Positions 1 through 8,263 of a DNA stretch of 44,943 nucleotides are shown in pieces. The position numbers and the translations under genes are program-made. The first letter of the stretch is position 1. Each line of letters opens with the position of its first letter. Under the pieces are notes generated by a model that had not been told where the DNA came from, made no database searches, and worked only from the letters and a program-made list of their open reading frames with translations. This DNA comes from Vulcanimicrobiota bacterium. Its GTDB lineage: Bacteria; Vulcanimicrobiota; Vulcanimicrobiia; Vulcanimicrobiales; Vulcanimicrobiaceae. The stretch is from assembly GCA_003135555.1 (NCBI GenBank), contig PLCF01000031.1:576-45518 (forward strand), read 5' to 3'.

Positions 1-61
1 GGCGGGTGCGCCCGTGGGGTGGGGCGGCGGGATGGTGGAGTTGCCCGCACGGGCGACCGGG

Positions 62-511
62 TTAGGGGCCTTGGATTTGGCAGTGGGTGGGTTGGTTGGT
101 TGAGGCCGGCATGGTTGCTAGGCCGTAGACGAGGAGGGCGATGGCGGTGAGCGCGGCTAGCGCGCATTCGACGAGCACGACTTGGCGTCCGCGCCAGAGC
201 GCGAATCCGAATGCGAGGACGGCGACGAAAAGCGGGATGAGCACGCCGCCGAGTTCGAGTGCGATGAGGCCCTGTTCGAAGCCGAACTCCAGACCGCAGG
301 AGCCGGCAACCAGGAGACAGATGAGTGCCGTGGCGATAGCGAACGCGAGTATCGGCGCGACGATGGCGTAGACGACGCGCAGAGGCCATTTTTCGGGCGG
401 CCGTTCCGGTCTGGGCCGACCCCTGCGGATGTAGCGCAGGCCTGCGACGCTTCCGACGACGGCGAGCGTCACGATCGCACAGACGATGATCACGAAGAAG
501 CTGAGGCTCAT
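62..511 (-). CDS. Hypothetical multi-pass membrane protein (149 aa)
   Basis: ORF with about four hydrophobic segments; TAACCT -10-like hexamer just upstream; no family recognised. Confidence 0.6.
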   Translation of the reverse strand: MSLSFFVIIVCAIVTLAVVGSVAGLRYIRRGRPRPERPPEKWPLRVVYAIVAPILAFAIATALICLLVAGSCGLEFGFEQGLIALELGGVLIPLFVAVLAFGFALWRGRQVVLVECALAALTAIALLVYGLATMPASTNQPTHCQIQGP

Positions 512-545
512 GATGGGTGTAGGTTAGCGCGGGCATGCGCGGCGC

Positions 546-564
546 GCGTCCGTAGTTCTACCGA
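546..564 (+). repeat. 19-bp direct repeat copy 1 (GCGTCCGTAGTTCTACCGA)
   Basis: Exact match to 1828-1846. Confidence 0.9.
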
Positions 565-583
565 CGGAAGCGCGCGTCGCGCG

Positions 584-916
584 CTAGGGGACTACTGCGG
601 TGCCTACCGTGGTGCCCACAGGGGTGGTGGTGAAGGTTAGTTCGACGCCGCCCGTCCAGTTTGCGGCCAGATTGTAGATTAGCCCGCCGATGATGCCCGC
701 GATGAATAAAAGGACGGCATACATAATTGAGATCAGGATCGGAAAGAGGATGATCGAAAACCAGCCTAGACTGGGCATCTGCGTTCCCACTATCGAGCCG
801 GCGAGCAACGAAATGAGCGCGGCGCAAAGCCCGATTATAATTCCGACAACGATGCCCTGCGCGGCATAGACAATGCCGAGCTGTAGCGGGTTGATGTTAC
901 GAATCCGCGTTGTCAT
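584..916 (-). CDS. DUF3566-like small membrane protein, paralog 1
   Basis: MTTRIRNINPLQLG...YNLAANWTGGVELT pattern; ATG at 916 preceded by GGAGG. Confidence 0.7.
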   Translation of the reverse strand: MTTRIRNINPLQLGIVYAAQGIVVGIIIGLCAALISLLAGSIVGTQMPSLGWFSIILFPILISIMYAVLLFIAGIIGGLIYNLAANWTGGVELTFTTTPVGTTVGTAVVP

Positions 917-946
917 TGAAATTGAACCTCCAGTTGAAGCGAGCAA

Positions 947-976
947 GTTGAACCAGCCTTCTTTTGCAGCGTCAAC
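947..976 (-). promoter_or_regulatory. Putative promoter/operator GTTGAC-N18-TTCAAC of paralog 1
   Basis: TTGACG-N17-TTCAAC on minus strand; same spacing upstream of paralog 2. Confidence 0.5.
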
Positions 977-1173
977 GACTCCCCTGGCGGGGATCAGTCA
1001 GTCTGGTAAAGGGGAAGCAGGTATCCGCGAGCATTCACATTGCGGGAGCGCACGAATTCGTGTCGGCTCAAATACACTAATTTGACGTAGTGCGACTATC
1101 GGGACGCGCAACATTTCGCCCCGCATTTTTTGCGGTGCATTTTTCCGATTTCGTTCGCGAGTTGCTTCGGAAC

Positions 1174-1482
1174 CTAAGGGGCGGCAGTTGTTCCGGCGGA
1201 AACGGTGGTTAAGGTCAGCTCGATGCCGCCGGTCCAACGCGCTACGAGCTTGTACCAGAAGCCGCCGATGATCCCGGCGAGGAAGCCCAGTACGGCGTAA
1301 ATGATCGGAAGGACAATGATCGACGGCCAGTTGAGCATCGGGACGCTCATCGTGGCGACTGGGCCCATGTATAGCCCCACGATTACGAGGCCGACGCCGA
1401 GGAGCAATCCAACGAGTGCATACATTAAGGCGACCACCATCGCGAGCTGGAGCGGGTCGACACTCGTAATCCGCGTGGTCAT
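1174..1482 (-). CDS. DUF3566-like small membrane protein, paralog 2
   Basis: MTTRITSVDPLQLA...YKLVARWTGGIELT aligns end to end with 584-916; GGAGG upstream. Confidence 0.7.
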   Translation of the reverse strand: MTTRITSVDPLQLAMVVALMYALVGLLLGVGLVIVGLYMGPVATMSVPMLNWPSIIVLPIIYAVLGFLAGIIGGFWYKLVARWTGGIELTLTTVSAGTTAAP

Positions 1483-1513
1483 GGGAAATGGGCCCTCCGG
1501 GAGAGGCGAGCAG

Positions 1514-1543
1514 GTTGAATGAGCCTTTTTGGGCATTGTCAAC
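1514..1543 (-). promoter_or_regulatory. Putative promoter/operator GTTGAC-N18-TTCAAC of paralog 2
   Basis: TTGACA-N17-TTCAAC on minus strand, matching 947-976. Confidence 0.5.
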
Positions 1544-1578
1544 CGCTCCCCTGGGAGAGGGCTCAGGGCAGGCGCCTT

Positions 1579-1794
1579 TTAGGGGCAACCGCCGTGGGCG
1601 GCGCACCACAGCGGGATCGCCGCGGGGCTGACGGCCATCGCGGCCAGGGCCGCGAGCGAGAGGATCACCCCGCCGGCCAGCGCCACGACGGCGGCGACGC
1701 CTGCCGGATGCTCGTCGGCATCCGCGCGGCGGCGGGCGGCGCGGGCGATCGAGGTGGCGGTGGCGAGTGGGTCGGCGCTGGCGTGCATCATCAT
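1579..1794 (-). CDS. Small hypothetical membrane protein (71 aa)
   Basis: One hydrophobic segment; TACCGT hexamer 7 nt before ATG, consistent with a leaderless start. Confidence 0.5.
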   Translation of the reverse strand: MMMHASADPLATATSIARAARRRADADEHPAGVAAVVALAGGVILSLAALAAMAVSPAAIPLWCAAHGGCP

Positions 1795-1827
1795 GGACCC
1801 TACGGTACCGCGGCGCCGCTTGGCCGG

Positions 1828-1846
1828 GCGTCCGTAGTTCTACCGA
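1828..1846 (+). repeat. 19-bp direct repeat copy 2
   Basis: Exact match to 546-564. Confidence 0.9.
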
Positions 1847-1849
1847 AGC

Positions 1850-3562
1850 TCAGCGAATCGCGAAGAGCGTTACCGGCTCGGCTTTGCCGCGGATCTTGGC
1901 GATGAGCTTCTCGGCCGGCGGCGGTGTGATCGCCCGCGCGTAGGTGCGCCCGTCGGCATAGGTGCGGCCGGGCGGGGCGGCGCCCTGCAGCCGGCTGGCG
2001 AGGTTCGCGGCGTCGCCGACGACGGTATAGTCCATGCGCTTGGGGCTGCCGATGTGGCCGGCGACGACCTCGCCCGTCGCGATCCCGATCGCCAGCTGCA
2101 ACGGTTTGCCGTCGGCCTCGATCGTCGCGGCGGCGCGGTGCAGCGCAGCGGCGACGGCGAGCGCGCGCGACGCGTCGTCGTCGCGTACCCGCGGCGGTCC
2201 GAAGACGACCATCAGCCCGTCGCCGTAGAACTTGTCGAGCAGCCCGTCGTGTTCGAACACCGTCTGCACGGCGGCGCTGAAGAACCCGTTGAGGATCTCG
2301 ACGACGGCCTCGGCGTCGAGCCGCTCGGCGAGCTCGGTGAAACCGCAGATGTCGGCGAACAGGATCGTCGCGACGGCACGTTCGCCGCCGAGCGTCAAGC
2401 CGCCCGGAGCGTGCATCAGCTGCTCGACGACGTGCGGCGCCAGATAGCGCGAGAACGCGTCGCGGATGGCGCGCCGCTGCTCGACGTCCGCCGCGTGCAG
2501 CCGCTCGAGCTTGCGGCGTTCGGTCAGGTCGGTCACCGCGATCGCCCAGCCGTGCTTGCTGCCGCCGTCGGGAAGCTCGATCGGCGCGGCGCGCACCTCG
2601 AGCGCGAGCGCGCCGCGCGTCGGATGATGCGCCTCGAGCTCGGCCGGTTGGGACGGCAGCACATTGTCGGCAAGCAGGGTGGTGATACCGGGGATGAGTG
2701 CTTCGAGCGCGCGCGCGGGTCTGCCGATCATCGTCGCGCCGCTCACCCCGAACGTCTCGGCGGCGGCGTCGTTGAAGGTGGCGATCTGACCGCGACCGTC
2801 GACGGTGATCACGCCGTTGGTGATCGAGCCCAGAACGCGCGCCTGCAGCTGTTCGAGCCGGCTGATCTCGACGACTTGCGCGCGCTGCGCGTCGAACAAG
2901 CGCGCGTTCTCGATCGCCAGCGCGGCCTGGTTGGCAAAGGCGGTGAGCAGGTCGGGATCGTGCGGCGAGAAGAGCCCCGGCGCGACGCGCGAGTCGAGGT
3001 AGACGACGCCGATGGTACGTGCCTTGATCGCCAGCGGAACGCAGATGATCGACCGCAGGCGCAGCGCGCGCACCGAAAGGTTCACGTTGAAGCGCGGGTC
3101 TTGTTGGGCGTCGGTGGTGACGATCGGCTCGCCGGTTTCGAACACTCGCCGCACGGTGGTCTGCGAAGGCCGCATGTCGACGCCCTCGACGGTCGCGCGG
3201 TCGATCCCGTAGGTCGTCGTGAGCTCGAGCTTGTCGTCGGCGTTGGCGACCATGAGGAAGCCGCGTTCCGCTTTCATGACCTCCACCGCCGTGTCGAGCA
3301 CGCTGCGCAGCACGACGTCGAGCTCGAGCGAGGAGTTGACCGTCTCGGCGACGCGCCCCAGCGTGCGCAGCTTCGCCAGCTCGCGCTCGGCGTTGGTCGA
3401 CGATGCCGACAGGCGGCTCGTGACGGCGGCGCGTTCGAGCGCGAGCCGCTCGAAGGCCCGCTCTGCGCTCGCGACCGCTGCGACCAGGGTGGGATCGCCG
3501 CTCGCCGCCGCGCGAGCGCGCAGCGCCTCGAGCGGGTCGGGGGCGGCCTCGGCGGCGTTCAT
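1850..3562 (-). CDS. Class III adenylate/guanylate cyclase with GAF and PAS domains (likely adenylyl-specific)
   Basis: GAF (RSIICVPL...GVVYLDSR...FANQAALAIENARL), PAS (GVITVDGRGQIATFN), cyclase motifs ILFADICGFT, LDKFYGDG, DYTVVGDAANLASRLQ. Confidence 0.92.
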   Translation of the reverse strand: MNAAEAAPDPLEALRARAAASGDPTLVAAVASAERAFERLALERAAVTSRLSASSTNAERELAKLRTLGRVAETVNSSLELDVVLRSVLDTAVEVMKAERGFLMVANADDKLELTTTYGIDRATVEGVDMRPSQTTVRRVFETGEPIVTTDAQQDPRFNVNLSVRALRLRSIICVPLAIKARTIGVVYLDSRVAPGLFSPHDPDLLTAFANQAALAIENARLFDAQRAQVVEISRLEQLQARVLGSITNGVITVDGRGQIATFNDAAAETFGVSGATMIGRPARALEALIPGITTLLADNVLPSQPAELEAHHPTRGALALEVRAAPIELPDGGSKHGWAIAVTDLTERRKLERLHAADVEQRRAIRDAFSRYLAPHVVEQLMHAPGGLTLGGERAVATILFADICGFTELAERLDAEAVVEILNGFFSAAVQTVFEHDGLLDKFYGDGLMVVFGPPRVRDDDASRALAVAAALHRAAATIEADGKPLQLAIGIATGEVVAGHIGSPKRMDYTVVGDAANLASRLQGAAPPGRTYADGRTYARAITPPPAEKLIAKIRGKAEPVTLFAIR

Positions 3563-3603
3563 CGGCGATGCCGCCGGCGGCCGGCCATGGCGGGACGCGC
3601 GGG

Positions 3604-3619
3604 ATCACATCGCGGCAAC
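3604..3619 (+). promoter_or_regulatory. Shared motif copy (ATCACATCGCGGCAAC) upstream of the basal-body operon
   Basis: Resembles 9828-9843 and 13472-13487; starts 49 bp before ATG 3653. Confidence 0.45.
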
Positions 3620-3652
3620 CCGAGGGTCATGCGCGAAGCGGACCATGGGGCC

Positions 3653-3844
3653 ATGGCCTTGGATCCCATCTCTCCAATCATCGGCACGGCCCTGGCCGCG
3701 CGCGAGCACGTCGAACGGTTGGCCCCCGAAGCGGCACGGGACGAGCGCGCCGCGGCTCGGCTGGCCCGGGCAGCGCTCTTCGAAGAGGCGCTCCTGGGCG
3801 CGGTCAAAGCGCACCTGGGCGAGCTGCACACGGTGGCCAAGTGA
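3653..3844 (+). CDS. Minimal FlgB-like rod protein (63 aa)
   Basis: Directly before flgC with GTGA overlap; C-terminus ERAAARLARAALFEEALLGAVKAHLGELHTVAK resembles the FlgB C-terminal helix. Confidence 0.5.
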   Translation: MALDPISPIIGTALAAREHVERLAPEAARDERAAARLARAALFEEALLGAVKAHLGELHTVAK

Positions 3845-4212
3845 GCGAGTTCGACCTGCTGTCGATCGCCGCCGACGGGATGAGCGTCCAGCGGACCCTC
3901 CTCGACGTCGCCGCGCGCAACGTCGCCGCGGCGCAGGCCTCGACTCCGGACCACCCCTATCCGCGTTTCGTCGCGCGCTTCACGGCGCGCGCTTCGGATG
4001 ACGGTTTCCCCGGCGTTCCGGACGACGAGGATGCCGGCGGCGACGACGCGCGCAGCGACCTCGTGGTGGCCGCACGGTCGGGCGAAGGCGCCGACGCGCT
4101 CACCGAGATGATCGCCGTGCTCGAGGCGCAGCGAGCGTATGAGACCAACGCCAGCGTATTCGACGTCGGCAAGAAGCTGGCCGAGCGCACGCTCGACGTC
4201 GGACGGCTCTGA
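3841..4212 (+). CDS. flgC: Flagellar basal-body rod protein FlgC, divergent
   Basis: LSIAADGMSVQRTLLDVAARNVA and EMIAVLEAQRAYETNASVFDVGK; GTG start. Confidence 0.85.
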   Translation: MSEFDLLSIAADGMSVQRTLLDVAARNVAAAQASTPDHPYPRFVARFTARASDDGFPGVPDDEDAGGDDARSDLVVAARSGEGADALTEMIAVLEAQRAYETNASVFDVGKKLAERTLDVGRL

Positions 4213-4484
4213 TGCAGGTCGAGTTGCTCGTCCCCGACGCGCCGGCACCGCGCGGACCGCGGCCGGCGACCGGCCCGGCGAACGCCTTCGCGCAGCTCGT
4301 CGACGCGGCGGGCGCGCTGCTCGAAAACGCAGACCGGGCCGAGGCGGCGTTCGCCGCGCACCGCGGCGGCTTGCAAGAGATGGTCGTCGAGCGTGCGCGC
4401 GCCGATATCGCGGTGCAGGTGGCGGCGACCGCGGCCCAACGCACGGCGCAGTCGCTCGCGACGCTGTTGGGAATGCAGATCTAA
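4212..4484 (+). CDS. fliE: Flagellar hook-basal body protein FliE
   Basis: FAQLV...LQEMVVERARADIAVQ...LLGMQI C-terminus; synteny flgC-fliE-fliF. Confidence 0.85.
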   Translation: MQVELLVPDAPAPRGPRPATGPANAFAQLVDAAGALLENADRAEAAFAAHRGGLQEMVVERARADIAVQVAATAAQRTAQSLATLLGMQI

Positions 4485-4487
4485 CCC

Positions 4488-5945
4488 ATGCCGGCGGCGG
4501 CGTTCCTCGCGCGGCTGCGTGCGGCGTCGCCACGGGCGCGCCTGCTGGGCGCGGTTGCCGCTGCCGCGCTGTTGGCGGTCGCGGCGTTCGGCTTCGTCGC
4601 GTCACGCGACACCCGCGTCGCGCTCTTCGCCACGCCGTTGCGCGCAGATCAGCTGGCGGAAGTCGAAGCGCGGCTCGCGGCGTGGAACGTTCCCTATGCG
4701 GCCGCCCCCGACAATCTGCGCGTCGACCGAGCCAAGCGCGGCGAGCTGTTGCTCAAACTCTCGCTCGCCGGCGTCCCGCACCCGCACCTCGCGGGCAGCG
4801 ATGAAGCCCTCGCGCATCTGGGTGCGCTGACGCCGCAAGCCGTCCTCGAAGCGCAGACGCGCGACGCGCTGGCGGCGGATCTCGCGCTGGGCCTGCGCGG
4901 TTTGGATCGTGTCGCCGACGTGCGCGTGGTGATCGCGCCGTCGAGCGGAGGCGTGTACGCCGACGAGACTCGTCGTGACGCGAGCGCGAGCGTGCGCGTA
5001 ACGCTCGTTGCGGGGACGCGGCTCTCGGCGCGCGCGGTCGCCGGGATCAAGGCCTTCGTCGCCGGCGGGGTACCCGGCCTCGACGCGGAGCGCGTGACCG
5101 TGCTCGACGACCGCGGGCTGGCGCTCGACGCGGACGGCGGCGAAGACGCGCCCGACGTGCAGGCAGCGCTGCAGAGCGCGCTCGACGCGGCGTTCGGCCC
5201 GGGCGCCGCCATCGTGCGCGTGCACCGCGAGCCGGTGGCCGAACGGCGCGACGTGCGCGACGTGCACCGTGCGGCGCTGGGCGGCAGCATCGCGCGGAGC
5301 AGCAGCGACGAGCGCTACGCGTCGACTGCGAAAAAGTACTCCAAGAACAGCACGACCGAGGACCGCGGCAGCGAGACGCGCGAGGAGCGCCGCGTCACCG
5401 CCGCCGGCGCAACCGCGCGCTTGACGGTGGCGATTTTCGTCGACGCGTCGCGCGGACTCGATCTCGCCAAAATCCGCGCGCTCGCCGCCGCGACGGTCGG
5501 GACGCGGCCCGAACGCGGCGACGTGCTGAGCGTTGAAGCGGTGGCGTTCGGCGAGGTCGCGCGAGCGCCTCAAGCGCACGCGCCGGGTTGGGTGCTCGCG
5601 TTGGCCGGACTCGTCCCGCAGGTGCTCACCGCCGCTGCGCTCGTGCTGGTGGTCGCGCTCGCGGCGAAACCCTTGACGACGGTCGCGCTGCGCATCGTCG
5701 AGTCGGCGTCGGCGCGCAGCACGGCGCGCGCCGTCGCCGGGATCCCGCCGGCGCGCGTGCGCGGCGCGCTCGACGGCGAGCCGCCGCACGTGGCGGCCGC
5801 GATCATCTCCGCGCTTCCGGCTTCGACCGCGGCGGCGGTGCTGGAACTCTATCCGGCCGATCAGCGCGCCGCGATCGTGCGGCGTCTCGCGCGTGACAAT
5901 GCGTCGCTGGTCCCGCCGGCCGAGGAACTCATCGGTGAGTGCTGA
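4488..5945 (+). CDS. fliF: MS-ring protein FliF with fused FliG-middle-like C-terminal domain
   Basis: N-terminal TM, YscJ/FliF ring motifs (ASASVRVTL, VAGGVPGLDAERVTVLDDRG), RLTVAIFVD, second TM, then EPPHVAAAIISAL...AAVLELYPADQRAAIVRRLA. Confidence 0.85.
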   Translation: MPAAAFLARLRAASPRARLLGAVAAAALLAVAAFGFVASRDTRVALFATPLRADQLAEVEARLAAWNVPYAAAPDNLRVDRAKRGELLLKLSLAGVPHPHLAGSDEALAHLGALTPQAVLEAQTRDALAADLALGLRGLDRVADVRVVIAPSSGGVYADETRRDASASVRVTLVAGTRLSARAVAGIKAFVAGGVPGLDAERVTVLDDRGLALDADGGEDAPDVQAALQSALDAAFGPGAAIVRVHREPVAERRDVRDVHRAALGGSIARSSSDERYASTAKKYSKNSTTEDRGSETREERRVTAAGATARLTVAIFVDASRGLDLAKIRALAAATVGTRPERGDVLSVEAVAFGEVARAPQAHAPGWVLALAGLVPQVLTAAALVLVVALAAKPLTTVALRIVESASARSTARAVAGIPPARVRGALDGEPPHVAAAIISALPASTAAAVLELYPADQRAAIVRRLARDNASLVPPAEELIGEC

Positions 5946-6417
5946 CTTCGTGTCGCTGGCCGACGTGCTGCGCGCCGCGGCCGTCGCCCCGCCTGCGCCG
6001 GGCGTAGCCGATCCGGAGCGCGACGCAGCGGCACTCGCGACGGTTCCCGAGCCGCCAAGCGCGGCGCCCGATGATGTATACACCGCAGTTCGCGATGCGC
6101 GCCTGTTTCGGGCGCGGCTCGCCGATGCATTCGACGCTGCGTCGGCGCGGCTCATCCGCGAACTCGCCGCCGAGGTGCTCGCGCGCGAGCTGCGCTTGGC
6201 ACCGTGCGATCTCGAATCGCTGCTGCGGCGCGTGCGCGAACGCGTGCCGGTCGTGCGCGTGCGGGTCGCCCCCGCCGACCTGGCGCACGTGCGCGCCGCA
6301 CCGTGCGTCGCCGATCCCGGCCTGGCTGCGGGTGACGCGGTGCTCGAGCTCGACGGCGGCACGCTCGACGCGCGGTTGGGCGTCCGGCTCGCGACGGTCC
6401 TGGACGGGTTCGCATGA
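5935..6417 (+). CDS. fliH: FliH/SctL-family ATPase regulator, shortened
   Basis: VRVRVAPADL...DPGLAAGDAVLELDGGTLDARL C-terminal FliH motif; lies between fliF and fliI. Confidence 0.78.
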   Translation: MSADFVSLADVLRAAAVAPPAPGVADPERDAAALATVPEPPSAAPDDVYTAVRDARLFRARLADAFDAASARLIRELAAEVLARELRLAPCDLESLLRRVRERVPVVRVRVAPADLAHVRAAPCVADPGLAAGDAVLELDGGTLDARLGVRLATVLDGFA

Positions 6418-7655
6418 TCGGGCGTCCGAACGGACGGGTCCTCGCGACGCGCGGTCTGCTCATCGAGGCCGAGCTGCCGTTCGCGCGCATCGGCGACGGC
6501 GTGCGCGTCTGCGCCCGTGACCTCACGGTCGGTGGCCGCGTCGCCGCGCTGCACGGATCGCGCGTCGTCGTCTCGCCGTTCGGCGCCGTCGACGGCGTCG
6601 CGACCGGCGACCGGATCGAGTCCGATCCGGCGGTCCTCGCCGCCGCACTGGGAACGCCGCTATTGGGTCGCGCCGTCGATGCCGCGGGCGCACCGCTCGA
6701 CGGCCTGCCCGCGCCGCCGGGACGACGCCGCCGAGCCGCGCTCGTCGCGCAGCCGGTCGGCCGGCGGCGGCCGTGCCGCGAGGTGCTGTGGACCGGCGTG
6801 CGCGCGATCGACGGCCCGCTGGCGCTGGGGCGCGGCGCGCGCGTCGGGCTCTTCGGCGCCGCCGGCGTCGGCAAGTCCACGGTGCTCGACGCGATCGTGC
6901 GCGGCGCTGCGGTGGATGCGGTCGTGCTCGCGCTCGTCGGCGAGCGCGGTCGCGAGGCGGAGCGCCGCTGCGCAGCCGTCGATGCGCGCACGTCGATCGT
7001 GTGCGCGACGAGCGATCGCGCGCCGGCCGAGCGCGTCCGCGCCGCCGAACTGGCGTTCGCGCAGGCCGCAGCGTTGCGGGACCGCGGGCTGGACGTGCTA
7101 CTGGTGGTCGACTCGCTGGCGCGGATCGCCGCCGCCGCCCGCGAGCTGGGACTGGCGGCCGGCGAGCCTGCCGGCCGAGCGGGATACCCGCCCAGCGCGT
7201 TCGCGCTGCTGGCCCGTTTGCTCGAAACCGCCGGACCGTCCGGCGACGGCAGCGTCACGCTCGTCGCGACGGTGCTCTCGGACGGATCCGAGCAGCACGA
7301 TCCGGTCTGCGAGGCGGCGCGCGCCATGCTCGACGGCCACCTCGTGCTGAGCGAGCGCCTTGCGCAGGCCGGCCGGTTCCCCGCGCTCGACGTCGCGCGC
7401 AGCGTCAGCCGCACGCTGGCCGAGGTCGCCGGGGCCGAGCATGCCGCCGCCGCTGCCGTGCTGCGCGCGGCGACGGCAGCGCTGGAGGACTCTCGCGATG
7501 CGCGGTCGCTGGGGATCGTTTCGGCCGACCCGTTCCTGGCCCGCTGCGTCGCCGCCGAAGCCGCGATCGAGCGGTTCTTGCGCCAAGGGCCGGCGCCGTC
7601 GGCGTCGGGGGAGACCCTCACGGAGCTGCGCCGACTCGCCGATATCCTCACATGA
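6414..7655 (+). CDS. fliI: Flagellar/T3SS export ATPase FliI/SctN
   Basis: Walker A GAAGVGKST, VGERGRE, LLVVDSLAR, GYPPS, DGHLVLSERLAQAGRFPALDV. Confidence 0.92.
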   Translation: MIGRPNGRVLATRGLLIEAELPFARIGDGVRVCARDLTVGGRVAALHGSRVVVSPFGAVDGVATGDRIESDPAVLAAALGTPLLGRAVDAAGAPLDGLPAPPGRRRRAALVAQPVGRRRPCREVLWTGVRAIDGPLALGRGARVGLFGAAGVGKSTVLDAIVRGAAVDAVVLALVGERGREAERRCAAVDARTSIVCATSDRAPAERVRAAELAFAQAAALRDRGLDVLLVVDSLARIAAAARELGLAAGEPAGRAGYPPSAFALLARLLETAGPSGDGSVTLVATVLSDGSEQHDPVCEAARAMLDGHLVLSERLAQAGRFPALDVARSVSRTLAEVAGAEHAAAAAVLRAATAALEDSRDARSLGIVSADPFLARCVAAEAAIERFLRQGPAPSASGETLTELRRLADILT

Positions 7656-8263
7656 TGGACGTCTTCGCTGACATCGCCGCGGTTCAGAACCGGATCGCGG
7701 AGATCACCGGAGCCTTCGCCCCGGCGAATCCGCCGGCGGCGGCCGGGCCGCGTTTCGCGAGCGCCCTCGCCGACGCGCTGCGCCCGGCGAACCCCGCCTT
7801 GGGCCTCCAGCCCGGCGGCTCGGATGCGCCGGGGAGCGGCGTCGCGCCCAGCGCGGCGGCACCCGTCCCGCCGGCCCAGATCGACGCGCTGGTCGAGCAG
7901 AACGCCCAGACGTGGCAAGTCGATCCGGCGCTGATCAAGGCCGTCATCGCCAACGAATCGGGTTTCAACGCCAACGCCACCTCGAGCGTGGGGGCGCAAG
8001 GCCTCATGCAACTCATGCCCGCGACCGCGGCGTCGCTGGGCGTAAAAAACGCCTACGATCCGGCGCAGAACGTCGCCGGCGGCACGCACTATCTGCGCGG
8101 CCTGCTCGACCGCTTCGGCGGCGACAAGCGCTTGGCGATCGCCGCCTACAATGCAGGTCCCGGCGCGGTAGAGAAGTACGGTGGCGTTCCACCGTATGCC
8201 GAGACGCGCAACTACGTCCAAAACGTCCTGGCTTCGTTCGAAAAGTACAACAGCGGTCGCTGA
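7652..8263 (+). CDS. Lytic transglycosylase (SLT domain)
   Basis: LIKAVIANESGF, GAQGLMQLMP, AIAAYNAGPGAV, PPYAETRNYV; ATGA overlap with fliI. Confidence 0.93.
   Translation: MMDVFADIAAVQNRIAEITGAFAPANPPAAAGPRFASALADALRPANPALGLQPGGSDAPGSGVAPSAAAPVPPAQIDALVEQNAQTWQVDPALIKAVIANESGFNANATSSVGAQGLMQLMPATAASLGVKNAYDPAQNVAGGTHYLRGLLDRFGGDKRLAIAAYNAGPGAVEKYGGVPPYAETRNYVQNVLASFEKYNSGR

Noticed and set aside
5..69. Imperfect hairpin after the 62-511 stop, with CCCTAAC resembling an integron attC R'' box
   Set aside because: Does not fit RYYYAAC, no GTTRRRY partner is visible inside the window, other spacers lack attC boxes and no integrase is present
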